Origin: Candidatus Thorarchaeota archaeon | GTDB taxonomy: Archaea; Asgardarchaeota; Thorarchaeia; Thorarchaeales; Thorarchaeaceae | Length of the DNA stretch: 64,000 nucleotides | Reading direction: 5' to 3' | Assembly: GCA_963726195.1 (NCBI GenBank) | Contig: CAVSBO010000016.1 | Location: 160,001-224,000 of the forward strand | Shown here: positions 11,522 to 22,372 of the stretch, in pieces | Numbering within the stretch: position 1 is the first letter of the stretch | Layout: each line of letters begins with the position of its first letter | Notes under the pieces: generated by a model | What the model was told of the DNA's origin: nothing | Database searches by the model: none | What the model saw: only the letters and a program-made list of their open reading frames with translations | Translations under genes and position numbers: made by a program

Positions 11522-12321
11522 CTCGAATCATCTAGAAGATTCTCCAACGAGAGGCTCCCAGAAATCACCAAACGTGCCTTGGCACTCGTCAATGACCTCT
11601 TTCCCTCAGTCATACGAAGAAACAGCTGCTTTATGGACTTCACATACTCCTCTTTGGGTTCGAGACGGACATCCGAGCTCTTGGGAGCGCGTCCGTGCCG
11701 AGATGCGATTATTGTCGCGGAAGACTGGTCGGAACCTGCACCACCCGCTATCGTCGTATGATGTTCGTCCACTAGTTCTATCGTGGTGCCAGCCGTCTTG
11801 TCAACAATGCCCCGTAGGTACAACACGGCGTACAAAGGTGATCCTATTCCTATCCTTAGTACCATGTCACACTCAGGATATTTCGTTGTAACATGAAGCA
11901 GCCAAACCAGAGTATTCCTTGCAGCCTCAATTGGTGACGAGAGTGCCTTAGTGTGGATCGGAATACCATCCATCGTTATCGCTAGTCCGATGTGCATTCC
12001 AGGATCCACGCCGATAGTGACAACCGAAGGCCGCTCTATTCTGAGTAGTCTCATCTTGATTTCAATCGCTGTCAGGTCTGGGTCTGGATCAAGTCCTACT
12101 CTGACTATGCGGTCGTCTTCCGTGAGCCATGCCTCATCCTCCGTTGTAATTACAACGTTTGCGAGATTGCATTCTGAGTCACCGGGATTGCAGATGCTGA
12201 ATCCAAGTTCGAGACTCTTGAGAAGCTTCACGGTGTTATAGAGCGCCTTTGGATTACGGATTGCAACTGCAACTTTAGTCTGGCCCATGTCAGAGGCCTT
12301 CTCGGTAGACTTATGACTCAT
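11518..12321 (-). CDS. Conserved hypothetical protein with RNase H-like (GVDPG) domain
   Basis: IGVDPGMHIGLA...VDEHHTT pattern. Confidence 0.6.
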   Translation of the reverse strand: MSHKSTEKASDMGQTKVAVAIRNPKALYNTVKLLKSLELGFSICNPGDSECNLANVVITTEDEAWLTEDDRIVRVGLDPDPDLTAIEIKMRLLRIERPSVVTIGVDPGMHIGLAITMDGIPIHTKALSSPIEAARNTLVWLLHVTTKYPECDMVLRIGIGSPLYAVLYLRGIVDKTAGTTIELVDEHHTTIAGGAGSDQSSATIIASRHGRAPKSSDVRLEPKEEYVKSIKQLFLRMTEGKRSLTSAKARLVISGSLSLENLLDDSS

Positions 12322-12326
12322 CAGAT

Positions 12327-13070
12327 GTGTTAATGATGGCGATGGCTCCGGATTTGATTCTTCCGTCTGGTGTCTTGCCTTTGGACCATGTCCTGAACGG
12401 CGGTCTACACACGGGTCTGGTCACGCATGTCTATGGCGAGGCCGCATCAGGCAAGACAACATTGGGCCTTCAATTTGTGAATGCCGCCTGCAAATTCGGA
12501 GCACGGGTAATGTATGTCAACTCTGAAAGCTCTTCAATAATAGAGAGACTAGAACAAATCGCGGGCAGGCCGTTCAACGAGATTGAAGACATGGTCAGAG
12601 TTCTAGCGCCTAAGGCTTTTGCAGATCAGGGCGTACTCATTGACGAACTAGAACTCTACGTAAGGGATGGAACGAAACTTGTTGTCGTTGATACTCTTAC
12701 TCGCCTCTATAGAACAGTGCTTGAAAACAAGGATGCTACTTATGCAGCTCACCGTGAACTCAATCGACAGGTGGGTTTCTTGAAGGGACTTGCGAAACAA
12801 AGAGACATGGCTATTTTGATACTAAATCAGGTGAGAGGAGTCCCAGGCAGCCATGATGCCCTTGAGCCTGTGGCTAAGAGCATCTTAGACTACTGGGCAG
12901 ACTGCGTACTTTGGATGCGTCTGGGACAGGCCAGAGGAGAGAGATTAGTGGATTTGGTTAGGCCCAATGAGAATCACCGGACCGCCGTCTTGTACGTCAC
13001 GGGTACTGGTCTCGCGGGCGCACCAGACCAAAAAGAAACAGTGAAATGGGGGTACCAAGAAACCAACTGA
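12327..13070 (+). CDS. radB: DNA repair protein RadB
   Basis: LDHVLNGG, YGEAASGKT, VVVDT, LNQV; short RecA core without N-terminal domain. Confidence 0.88.
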   Translation: MLMMAMAPDLILPSGVLPLDHVLNGGLHTGLVTHVYGEAASGKTTLGLQFVNAACKFGARVMYVNSESSSIIERLEQIAGRPFNEIEDMVRVLAPKAFADQGVLIDELELYVRDGTKLVVVDTLTRLYRTVLENKDATYAAHRELNRQVGFLKGLAKQRDMAILILNQVRGVPGSHDALEPVAKSILDYWADCVLWMRLGQARGERLVDLVRPNENHRTAVLYVTGTGLAGAPDQKETVKWGYQETN

Positions 13071-13084
13071 AAGGAGTAGTCCCA

Positions 13085-13645
13085 ATGTATGAGACTCTCG
13101 CCTTGATTGAACTGGCAGTCTGGCTTGGATTGCCAGCTTGGGTTGCGAACTCGACGCCGGTTATTTTCGGAGGCGGAATGCCGATAGATCGGGGAAGAGT
13201 CCTTCGTGATGGGCACAGGCTTTTTGGAGACGGCAAGACGGTGAGAGGATTCGTTGTTGGGGTAGTGTTTGGTACGTTAACTGGAGCGGCTCAGACCCTT
13301 GTGGCACCGTACTTGGAGCCTATCCTTGGGTTGTTCGTGACAGTCACGCCCGACATGGAAGCAGTCTTGTTGATGAACCTGCCCGCAGTGTTTCTTATGT
13401 CGGTTGGTGCCCTTACAGGTGACCTCGTAGGATCTTTCATCAAGAGAAGGGCTGATATCAAGAGCGGAAATCCTTCACCGATGCTAGATCAGCTTGGCTT
13501 CGTCATCATCGGCCTTATTGCAGCATCATTCTTCATGCTGCCAGCCCCAGTGTATGCCCAGCTGCTCATACTCATCACTCTCGGTGTGCATTGGCTGAGC
13601 AATGCATTGGGCTACCTAATGGGTCTAAAGAAGCACCCTTGGTAG
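13085..13645 (+). CDS. carS: CDP-archaeol synthase
   Basis: PAWVAN..PV, PIDxG, GDGKTVRG, GDLxGSFIKRR, LDQL, KKHPW C-terminus. Confidence 0.95.
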   Translation: MYETLALIELAVWLGLPAWVANSTPVIFGGGMPIDRGRVLRDGHRLFGDGKTVRGFVVGVVFGTLTGAAQTLVAPYLEPILGLFVTVTPDMEAVLLMNLPAVFLMSVGALTGDLVGSFIKRRADIKSGNPSPMLDQLGFVIIGLIAASFFMLPAPVYAQLLILITLGVHWLSNALGYLMGLKKHPW

Positions 13646-13851
13646 CGCCCAGAACCTGGACGCACAGGTCTCCAAGCTATGGGACGCTGTCATGAACATG
13701 TGCAGGCATCAATTGCGCAAATAACCAAAGATAGACATAAAAGGCGCAAGACGTTTTCACTGTTGCTCTGGTTGGAACACCGATTAACTCAATCAGTGGA
13801 GAACTCAATCAGAATCTAGCACTATTCTATTATTGTTGGAGTTGTCAAACG

Positions 13852-14677
13852 ATGAAGGTATCCGAATGCATGCGGTCAAATGTTCCATACTTGACAGTGC
13901 CAGGTACCCGAGAAGATGTCTTGCAACTGATGACGGAAACACAAGCTGAGCGGCTTCCCAGTCTGCAAGAAAGGCACAAAGACAATCGTAGGAATGATTA
14001 CCAGAAATGACCTCCTTCGCAAGCCTGACGAGAATCAGGTAGGTATGTTGATGGTAAGAGACCCCGTCGTCGTGAGCCCTGATGCAGATGTCAAGAAAGC
14101 AGTGGACCTTATGCTCGAAAAGGGCTTCAGAAGGTTTCCAGTGGTAAAGAGTGGCGATATGGTCGGTGTCATATCCATTCCAGATATACTTGGGTACGTC
14201 CTAGAGGATGACAAGGAGTATCAATCAGCCAGCATAGCAGACTACGTGGATAGAACTGTGGTTGCGGCATGGCAAGAAACACCTCTATCTCTGTCTTACA
14301 TGATCATGGAGATGGCTGGGAGGAACGCAATCATAGTCGTGGATGACAGAGGGGGACTGGCTGGAATGATTTCAGTCAGTGATTTCATTCGCCTATCGGA
14401 AGTGAGTGTTGAGGATAACGTGTCCAAAACCTATAGCGGCACTGAACATTCAGTCGAATGGGGTTGGACCTCCAAGGACTATCTGATGGTGACCAAGAAG
14501 CTTCTCAGACTCCCAAATATCCCTGTTAGGCAGGCAATGACCAAGAACATAATCAGTGTCAGCGAAGTGTCAAGTGTCTCTGATTGTGTGAAGACGCTCA
14601 GGAAGAACGAGATAGATGAGGCGCCTGTGCTTTCGGCCGCCGGATCTCTCACAGGAATCATTGAAGATAGAGAGTGA
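13852..14677 (+). CDS. Tandem CBS-domain protein (apparent frameshift ~13940)
   Basis: Four CBS repeats (..RRFPVV..MVGVIS); N-terminus MKVSECM lies in another frame. Confidence 0.85.
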
Positions 14678-14775
14678 CTTAGGCTTGCGGCGAAACGATT
14701 GACGCCTGTACAAAGAACGGAAAGGTAGGAAGACGGACAACTGAACGGACTAGTGAGCGGAAGAAGCTTACCAGT

Positions 14776-17700
14776 CTAAAGAAAGTCTGTGAGAGACGTC
14801 TGGTCTGAGAGAAACAGCGAGTCTATTGCTGAATTGATTAATCTGAGCCCGTCCTTCATGTACTGGCCTAGATTGTGTTCTTCGATAATTCTCTGAGCAA
14901 TTGGCAAGTACTTCGATATGTTCTTGCGCCTTACGGTTAGCGACAGCCCAAAACCACATTCACATTTACCCGAAAGAGGAATTCGGCGGTATATCCTGTG
15001 GCATTTTCCGCACTGTATTTTCTGAGTGGAGTAGGCCCTGAGATTCCCCTTTATGTCACGAATGAAATGATGAGAAAGAACTCGCTCGGCAACATCACGT
15101 GCGTCAACTGCATCTATCAAGGCTGCCAGACGCAACTGTGCGTCAAGCTTCTCGTCCATGCTTCCCAGTGCCTTGTACCTTGTGTTTCGTGGACCCGCAT
15201 CAATAGACGACGTTCCATGCGTGAAACCAAACCCTTCGTACTGGGCTTCTGTGTTGAGCCGTGATGCAACTATGTCCACCAAGTGCTCTGCTTCCTTGGG
15301 ATGCCGCGCTTGGGCTACGATTTCGAAAAACTGTGCAGGATAGCGAGTGCACACGTCTAGGTTGTGAGCCTCACTATCCACTTCAGAGGGATTGAGAATA
15401 ACTGACAGGACCAGAGGAGCGTCCATGAAACCCCCTCTACCTGCTGGAAGATACGACCTTGAGAAGTTGATTAGAGCATCCATAACAAGAAGGAGAGCAT
15501 CCTCGTCCCCGTCACAGTTCCTGCGTTTTGCGGCATGATAGTAGGGGTGCGCGTAACATACACTTGCATTAGTGAAACCAATTATCCTTCCGATTATCCC
15601 TGCAGACGTGTGTGGTGCAAGCCCGATCACAAGATGCCCAACAACGTCGTCTTGTGACTCGAACTTGTAGAACCGGTCTAGACCGTATATCTTCTCAAGA
15701 CAATCGTCAACAAAACAACCGACCCTGTACAGGTACTCAACACAGTTTTCCGAAACAACCAAGTCCTGTACTTTTAGTTCGACCACTTGGTCGTCAGATT
15801 CAAGGGGCTCGCTCCGGCAGTCTGTCAGGTAACCCATTTGGCGCAGACGTGCAACTGACACGCCTATTTCCCTCGGGGTAAAATGTGTGAGAGGAGCATC
15901 GGTTGCATCAAAGCGGGCAGTACCATCTCTGTAGCAGTATACTGAATGCTTTGCTCGAAGAATGCCTTTCCCAAGATACTCGGGAATCTTGAGCTCATTT
16001 GTCAGTCCGAGGACGCCGCGTAGACCATAAGACTGAGGCTCATTGATTTCCACCCTGACGCGATCAAGGAACTTTCGGATGTCTACTCTAACCTTCTTCG
16101 TAGCACGTATCATGTTGACGTCGTGACTCAAGGGGCACATGCCGGTAGCATTGTCTATTGTGCGGCCGCAGCCCTCTTGGGAGCACCACCTACGTATTTC
16201 GGTGTGGGAGAGGCACTTTGGGCAGCGAGACTCGAATGTCTCAGACTGGCAGTGAGGACATACACGGAGCACCAACTCAATCTCAGGACCAGACGCTTTT
16301 GCAGGTTGGCTGTCAAGGTATGTCTCATCGTCAGAGAAGCCCAGAGTAGAAATATGCTGTGCAGATCCTGCGACCTTCTCAATGCGTCTTTCGCTGGCGA
16401 GTGTTCTGCCGACGGGAAACAGTACATGGACAGGCGGATGCATTTTCCGTTCTTCTGCCTTCTCCGGTCGGCCCATTCGCGCCCCAATTGAAAAGCCGAG
16501 CTTGTCACGGAGTGGAACATCCGCGACGGAAGCCAGGAGCTCCATGGATTCTTTTCCGCTCGGCGATTTGCTGCTTGCCCCCAATTGTGCCAGTATTGTC
16601 TGCGAGCTGTCGGTCAGTTCTAGGAGTTTGTTATCGCTGCTAACTCTGTGTGGTAGACCAATTCGCTCCAGAAGCGTTTTGTATTCTCTTTCATTTGGAA
16701 CTAGCATTAGCTCCCCTTCAGAAGAACTCACTCTGCTCTTCTTTGAGAGAAGCCAGTTTCTTAGTCTGATGAGCTCCTCCGGGGAGAGAACAGACCATCT
16801 GTATTGATACTTTGGGTGTAGCGGCACATCGAATTGCTTGGAGAGCTGAAGAGCTTGGTGTGGCGTGGGAATCCTCGATAGAGGTAGGTCTATAAATGCA
16901 GTGAGTTCCTCTTGAAGAATCCCCGAATCTGACAGGTGCTTCTTTAGCAGTTTGTCCCCAAGCCTCGAGCAGGCCCTCTCCAAATCATGTGACCACCATT
17001 CCTCACAGTATCCCGAAGGTACGAGAGGGTGGTTGTTCTCGAGGAACTCGCCCATTGCAACGAGAATATCACCCAAGAACATTATCCTCTCAATCTTGCC
17101 CTGAAGACGCTTGGCCTCCTCAATATCACTGACCTGCTTGAGAGTACCATCCTTGAGCAAGACGATTGGCCCTTCAATGGTATCGACAGGTGCCACGATG
17201 GCGCCTTTTCCGGGACGCTCAGTTCTGATGTGAGTGCCAGTGGCAAGAAACTCGTCCACTACATACATCGTAGCAGGATGGATACCAACGCCCGCAAGTC
17301 CTGTATTCCTTGATCGTCCGTATCTCAGTCTGAAACCGCCCACACGGGATGGATGAGCAAAAACTGGTCGTCCACCTATCACATCTGCTAGGTACTCAGG
17401 TTTTGGAGCCAGCTTCTTGGAAATCGACTCCTCACCCTCTGATGATCTGGCTTTCGAGGTTTTGGTTGCGAGTTCGGTTAGCCAATCCCAACCAGTTATG
17501 TGGAGCCTGCTCACAATCTTAGCAAGCTTGGGCGACCTGCCAACGACCCCATCGCTTAGGACTAGGACGAAACCACTTCGAACTCGATTTGTTTCGATTC
17601 GCTCAAGGTCGCGGCCGCCAGAGACTTCATACTCCTCTGTGGGCTCGCCTGTCAGCATGATAGGCAATCTTGAGGATGCAAAGCGGATTAGGTCGGGATA

Positions 17701-18321
17701 TACTGGATACTGAAGATGCGATGCTCTTGAGTAGAGCTCAACCTCTTCTACGGCGCGCTCCACCTCATTTGGAGTAGCCTTGAGAGAAGGTATGCCAAGC
17801 ACCTGTCGAACCTGATCTGCAACCAAGACCGTCATGGCGGCATCTGTGCCGCCTGCAGCACGAATTGGACCTGCAAGATATAGCGCGAGGTATCGATCCT
17901 CTCCGGACCCCCTGATTCGTACTTTTGCAATGCCTTCCAAAGGAGCAGCAGTGATACTCTCGGTCAATATGGCTAGTGCCACACGGACAGCCTTGTCAGC
18001 CGCTTTTTCGGGGTCTGTAATTCCTCCAAGCTCACCTGCAGCTATCTCTTGTGCAACTGAGAAAGCGACCTGCTCCCTTGGCAGTGTCAGCTCAAGTTCT
18101 CGTATCCGTTTAGCAACCCCGACAGGCCCGTCCAGAGTGGCTTCCACCCTTGCTGCCACATCATGTGCAGGCGGAATCTCGACCTTAGTGCTGGGATCGA
18201 GACCTTTTGCACGCGCCTGTTCTGCCACGTCGTAGATTCTCTTGAGTTCTTCACTGAGAACGGCGAAATACTGACCATAGCTGATACTGTGTTTCGGTAG
18301 GCTTGGTTCCGAGTCGCTCAC
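14776..18321 (-). CDS. polC: DNA polymerase D large subunit DP2
   Basis: AAPLEG, AGPIRAAGGT, GFRLRYGRSR, RMGRPEK, KRRNCDGDED, C-terminal PIP-like QTSLTDFL; no intein evident. Confidence 0.98.
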   Translation of the reverse strand: MSDSEPSLPKHSISYGQYFAVLSEELKRIYDVAEQARAKGLDPSTKVEIPPAHDVAARVEATLDGPVGVAKRIRELELTLPREQVAFSVAQEIAAGELGGITDPEKAADKAVRVALAILTESITAAPLEGIAKVRIRGSGEDRYLALYLAGPIRAAGGTDAAMTVLVADQVRQVLGIPSLKATPNEVERAVEEVELYSRASHLQYPVYPDLIRFASSRLPIMLTGEPTEEYEVSGGRDLERIETNRVRSGFVLVLSDGVVGRSPKLAKIVSRLHITGWDWLTELATKTSKARSSEGEESISKKLAPKPEYLADVIGGRPVFAHPSRVGGFRLRYGRSRNTGLAGVGIHPATMYVVDEFLATGTHIRTERPGKGAIVAPVDTIEGPIVLLKDGTLKQVSDIEEAKRLQGKIERIMFLGDILVAMGEFLENNHPLVPSGYCEEWWSHDLERACSRLGDKLLKKHLSDSGILQEELTAFIDLPLSRIPTPHQALQLSKQFDVPLHPKYQYRWSVLSPEELIRLRNWLLSKKSRVSSSEGELMLVPNEREYKTLLERIGLPHRVSSDNKLLELTDSSQTILAQLGASSKSPSGKESMELLASVADVPLRDKLGFSIGARMGRPEKAEERKMHPPVHVLFPVGRTLASERRIEKVAGSAQHISTLGFSDDETYLDSQPAKASGPEIELVLRVCPHCQSETFESRCPKCLSHTEIRRWCSQEGCGRTIDNATGMCPLSHDVNMIRATKKVRVDIRKFLDRVRVEINEPQSYGLRGVLGLTNELKIPEYLGKGILRAKHSVYCYRDGTARFDATDAPLTHFTPREIGVSVARLRQMGYLTDCRSEPLESDDQVVELKVQDLVVSENCVEYLYRVGCFVDDCLEKIYGLDRFYKFESQDDVVGHLVIGLAPHTSAGIIGRIIGFTNASVCYAHPYYHAAKRRNCDGDEDALLLVMDALINFSRSYLPAGRGGFMDAPLVLSVILNPSEVDSEAHNLDVCTRYPAQFFEIVAQARHPKEAEHLVDIVASRLNTEAQYEGFGFTHGTSSIDAGPRNTRYKALGSMDEKLDAQLRLAALIDAVDARDVAERVLSHHFIRDIKGNLRAYSTQKIQCGKCHRIYRRIPLSGKCECGFGLSLTVRRKNISKYLPIAQRIIEEHNLGQYMKDGLRLINSAIDSLFLSDQTSLTDFL

Positions 18322-18483
18322 TGACGTTCGGTCCTCTCTTGCTAGGTGCGGCCTTTTCTGCTTTCTCTAAGGCCACATGCTGTCTACTGTAATCCGGAGT
18401 AGCGTGAGTGATTATCAGAGCCCTTTAAAGGAGTACACACAGACAATCCCGCGGTATATCTAGGAATCGGGACGGTATACATC

Positions 18484-20253
18484 GTGCTCACACTCGAAGA
18501 GACCATAGAGCTGATTCTGAAGAATTCATCGGAGTATGATCGGAAGGATATACTCAAACTCATCGAAGATAAACGCAAGGAACTCGGACCGGAAGTCGTC
18601 AATGAAGAGTCAGCTGCCATGATTGTGGCCCGCGAGCTCGGGATAGACCTGCAGCAAGTTTCTCCGAAGGCACGTCTGAGAATAGAGGATATAACGGAGG
18701 AGAATAGAAGCGTTACATTGACCGGCAAGGTTGTCAGTGTAGGTACAGTTAGAACCTTCTCAAGGTCAGGAGCTGGTGAAGGCAAAGTTGCAAGCATAAT
18801 CGTGGGCGATGAGACTGGCCAAATCAGGGTTGCTCTCTGGGATGAGGTCACTTCCGCGATAACCGAGGGAGCTATTAACGTGGGTTCTGTTATTCAGATT
18901 AGGGGCGCGTATGTGAAGAAGGGACTGCGAAACGCCCTTGAACTGAATCTGGGGAGAATGGGGGGAATCAGAGTGCTTGAGGACGACGAAGCGAAAGAGC
19001 TCGAAATCAAAACCGCTGAGGGCGGAACAGCCCACGTAGGTGACCTTCATGACAGGATGTTCGACGTAACACTTACAGTAAGGCTAGACAGACTCCAGAA
19101 TCTTTCCACATTCACGCGCAAGAACGATGGCGCAGAAGGCAAGGTGATGAGCGCTGTTGGAGTGGACGAGACCGGCAGCGTTAGGGTTGTCTTTTGGGAT
19201 GACCACGCAGAGCAGATGCAGGATGCAAAAGAGGGCGAGGTAATCAAGCTGACCGGAGCTTACACCAAGACCGGACGCAATGGTGAGATAGAAGTCCATG
19301 CAGGGAAATCTGCAAAGATAGAACGAAGGGTCAAACAGAAAATCGCGGCCCCCAAGACAGCGGCGACTCTAACCACCGCGCAGGTCATTGGAAGAAAGAA
19401 CATCAGTGAACTCTCGGTCGAGATGAAGGATGTTGATATTGAAGGAAAAGTCGCCAAGGTGTTTCCCCCGACAGCTTTTGAGAGAGAAGGAAGGGCTGGA
19501 AAGGTCCAAAACGTACTTGTCGCTGACGAGTCGGGGACCGCCAGGGTCACATTCTGGACGGAACAAGTGGATTTCATCAAGGATCTGCAGCAGGGTGATG
19601 TAATCAGAATAAGTCATGGCTACGTGAAGGAAGGGCTTCGTGGGGCAATCGAGTATCATGTAGGCCGCCGATCTGAGATTGAGATCAATCCTGAGGATAC
19701 TGACCTCGCTCAGCTCGATCTCTCAGAGATAGCTCAGAGACCGGCTGTACAAGCAGGTAGAGTGATGATAGGTCAAATTGAGGACGAGACGGAGGGCAAG
19801 ACTGTCGAGTTGTGCGGTATCATTGTCGCTGTCGCTCGCACGAGCCCTGTTTATGCCTCATGTCCCAACTGCCGAAAGAAGACTGAAGAACGGGACGGAA
19901 AGTTCTACTGTGCTGTGTGTGGCAAAGTAGACAAGCCAGAGTACAGAATGCTTTACAAAGTCACGGTTGACGACGGGTCAGGTTCAATACGAGCAACTCT
20001 GTTTGGAAAGACGGGAGAGGACCTTCTTCAGATGACAGCGCAGCAAGCCCAAGACCTAATCGTAAAAGCAGGCAACAAAAGCTTCCCCATGGAACAGAAT
20101 TCTAACAAGATGCTCGGGCGATATGTTGCCATTCGCGGACGAGTAAGCAAGTTCAGAGATAGTCTTGAAGTTTCAGCCTCGGACCTTCTTGTTGTGGATC
20201 CTCTCGAAGAGATAAGGCGCACTCGAGAAGATGTGGTCAGGTTGGCTGGGTAA
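18484..20253 (+). CDS. rpa: Replication protein A (multi-OB fold with Zn finger)
   Basis: Repeated GDETG/DESG/DDGSG OB motifs; CPNC...CAVC. Confidence 0.93.
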   Translation: MLTLEETIELILKNSSEYDRKDILKLIEDKRKELGPEVVNEESAAMIVARELGIDLQQVSPKARLRIEDITEENRSVTLTGKVVSVGTVRTFSRSGAGEGKVASIIVGDETGQIRVALWDEVTSAITEGAINVGSVIQIRGAYVKKGLRNALELNLGRMGGIRVLEDDEAKELEIKTAEGGTAHVGDLHDRMFDVTLTVRLDRLQNLSTFTRKNDGAEGKVMSAVGVDETGSVRVVFWDDHAEQMQDAKEGEVIKLTGAYTKTGRNGEIEVHAGKSAKIERRVKQKIAAPKTAATLTTAQVIGRKNISELSVEMKDVDIEGKVAKVFPPTAFEREGRAGKVQNVLVADESGTARVTFWTEQVDFIKDLQQGDVIRISHGYVKEGLRGAIEYHVGRRSEIEINPEDTDLAQLDLSEIAQRPAVQAGRVMIGQIEDETEGKTVELCGIIVAVARTSPVYASCPNCRKKTEERDGKFYCAVCGKVDKPEYRMLYKVTVDDGSGSIRATLFGKTGEDLLQMTAQQAQDLIVKAGNKSFPMEQNSNKMLGRYVAIRGRVSKFRDSLEVSASDLLVVDPLEEIRRTREDVVRLAG

Positions 20254-20272
20254 CATGGACAACTCCGTACCA

Positions 20273-21520
20273 TTAGGAAGTCTGCTCAATAAGGCTTTGA
20301 AGTCCTGTCAGAAGGATGTTGATATCGGCCCGGTTGTTGTAAATGTATATTGAAGCTCGTGCCGTCCCCTTGGATGGTGGAATTCCCACTTGATAGTGGA
20401 AAGGTCCCGCACAATGCCATCCACTCCTAATCATGACGGCGTACTTGTCGTTCAGGAAAGTTGCGATGTCATGTGCAGACTCAACTGTGTCAACAACGAA
20501 AGTAACAAGCCCTGTTCTCAGATTCACGTCATCCGGCCCGAGGAAGTGCACTTGACTCAGTTGCTTGAGCCCTTCCAAAGCGGCTCGAAGAAGCTCCCTT
20601 TCATGCGCTTCAATCTCATGCATTCCGATAGATTGCAGGTAATCTGCTGCGGCCCCGGCACCTATTGCGCCTGCGTAGTTCTGCAGTCCAGCCTCAAACT
20701 TCTGAGGAGGCGGGAGATAGGTGGGCACGATGCGGCCATCCTCAAATCTCACGTCGCTGACCGTGTTTCCTCCAACCAGAAACATGTCCATCGATTCTAG
20801 GAGATTCATCTTGCCATAGAGCACACCCATTCCTGTTGGACCGCACATCTTATGAACTGAGATGGCTGAGAAGTCCACATCTAGGTCCCGAACATCTAGC
20901 GGATGATGTGGAGCGTATTGTGCATCATCTGAGACCACTAACGCACCCCTATCATGCGCAATCTCGATTATCTCTCTTAGCGGCGCTATTGTGCCTGTCA
21001 CATTGGAAGAGTGTACTACTGAAACCATCTTTGTACTGCTGTCTATTGCTTTCTTCCAATCCTCAATGTCGAAAGTTCCATCGTTGCGGGCCTTGACCAC
21101 TTCCAACTTCAAGCCAGTTCTCTTTGCCCTCTCTACGAAGGGCAGCGAACCGCTATGGTGCTCCAAGCTTGTCGTCACTATCTTGGACCCTCTTTCGATT
21201 CGCACCGAATTAGCCACCAAGTTGAGTGACTCGGTGGCATTTCGGGTCCAGATACACTCGCCCGGTTGTGCTGCGTTTATGAATCTCGCAAACTTGTCTC
21301 TGGCTTTCGAATAAGCATCAGATGCCTCTTCACCAAGTGTATGGATGCTCCGACCCGCGCAGGCAGGAAAACGCTCGTAGTACTCATTCATGGCGCTTAT
21401 GACCTGACGAGGCTTCAGGGCCATACATGCACTATCAAGATACACAATGGGGCGACCATTGATCTTCCGCCCGAGAACAGGAAAATCGGATCTTATTCGG
21501 GACCAAGATTTGTCGTTCAT
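20273..21520 (-). CDS. sufS: Cysteine desulfurase, SufS-like
   Basis: YLDSA, EHHS, SNVTG, HKMCGPTG, EAG, RSGWHCA. Confidence 0.92.
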   Translation of the reverse strand: MNDKSWSRIRSDFPVLGRKINGRPIVYLDSACMALKPRQVISAMNEYYERFPACAGRSIHTLGEEASDAYSKARDKFARFINAAQPGECIWTRNATESLNLVANSVRIERGSKIVTTSLEHHSGSLPFVERAKRTGLKLEVVKARNDGTFDIEDWKKAIDSSTKMVSVVHSSNVTGTIAPLREIIEIAHDRGALVVSDDAQYAPHHPLDVRDLDVDFSAISVHKMCGPTGMGVLYGKMNLLESMDMFLVGGNTVSDVRFEDGRIVPTYLPPPQKFEAGLQNYAGAIGAGAAADYLQSIGMHEIEAHERELLRAALEGLKQLSQVHFLGPDDVNLRTGLVTFVVDTVESAHDIATFLNDKYAVMIRSGWHCAGPFHYQVGIPPSKGTARASIYIYNNRADINILLTGLQSLIEQTS

Positions 21521-21522
21521 TC

Positions 21523-21756
21523 TCAGTTCCTCACGATTTGCCAGCGGTATCCACCTTTTCCGAGTTTTCTAGTGACAAGACCCCGCTCCACCAGCTGATT
21601 GGCAGCGACAACGAATGTGTCACCCCCGGCACAGTCGCTGCATATCTCTGCATATTCAGCCCTCCGTGCAAGGTCTAGAACCTCGGAAGTAGTGAGTGAG
21701 ACGCCTGCTTCCAAGATCTTCAGTACGCATTGGGCATTTCTTGATAGCGTGGACAC
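21523..21756 (-). CDS. Small winged-helix-like protein with CxxC
   Basis: 77 aa ending 2 nt before the sufS start; helix-turn-helix and wing (LVERGLV..GYRW) pattern. Confidence 0.55.
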   Translation of the reverse strand: MSTLSRNAQCVLKILEAGVSLTTSEVLDLARRAEYAEICSDCAGGDTFVVAANQLVERGLVTRKLGKGGYRWQIVRN

Positions 21757-21915
21757 TGTCCATTCGGTCCAGAGCGCGGAATAAGAAACCTTCGAAGATA
21801 GGACATACTGAGTAACTTAACATAATGCTTAAATGACGCCAATCGGGGCCTATAGTTGTTCTATTTCTTTCCGTGCCTAGTAGCTCGGTCTGTGTGAAAT
21901 AGGCGAAGGTGTACG

Positions 21916-22170
21916 GTGATGGGAAGAAGAAGAAGGCAGAAAATCCGGACAAGACCTCAGAAGCGAATTCCAGACATCTATCAATGTCCGGACTGTGGCA
22001 ACGCCGCAATCAAGATAGAACTCTTAAGGGACAAGAGTATCGCGACAGTCAAGTGTGGGTCATGCGGCCTAGAAATGACCATTGATGAAGTGAGTTCACT
22101 CACTGAACCAGTAGATGTCTATGGCAGCTTCATAGACAAATTCTATGAAGGAGACAAAGCAGCGAGATAG
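21916..22170 (+). CDS. elf1: Transcription elongation factor Elf1
   Basis: MGRRRR, CPDC..CGSC, EPVDVY..FID. Confidence 0.92.
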   Translation: MMGRRRRQKIRTRPQKRIPDIYQCPDCGNAAIKIELLRDKSIATVKCGSCGLEMTIDEVSSLTEPVDVYGSFIDKFYEGDKAAR

Positions 22171-22236
22171 GCTATTTGTTTCTCTGCACTCAGCAACGAT
22201 TATAAGTATGGCTCAGTCAGAAGGAGCCCGACGCCT

Positions 22237-22347
22237 ATGCAGCAAAGCCTCATCCCAATCGTTGACATTCTCCTGAGCATCCTGGGTATTGTGGCCCTTC
22301 TGCTTGTGTTGGGTTATATTGCCTACGGTGAAGAGGAAGAGGAATAG
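22237..22347 (+). CDS. 36-aa single-pass membrane microprotein (not in ORF track)
   Basis: MQQSLIPIVDILLSILGIVALLLVLGYIAYGEEEEE; TATA-like TTATAA ~30 nt upstream and GGAG upstream. Confidence 0.6.
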   Translation: MQQSLIPIVDILLSILGIVALLLVLGYIAYGEEEEE

Positions 22348-22372
22348 CATCCCTTGTATTGAGCGCAGTCAT

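Noticed and set aside
14675-14730. TGA readthrough (selenocysteine) at the end of the CBS gene
   Set aside because: The position corresponds to a hydrophobic residue rather than Cys, and no SECIS was seen; more likely a base error or true stop
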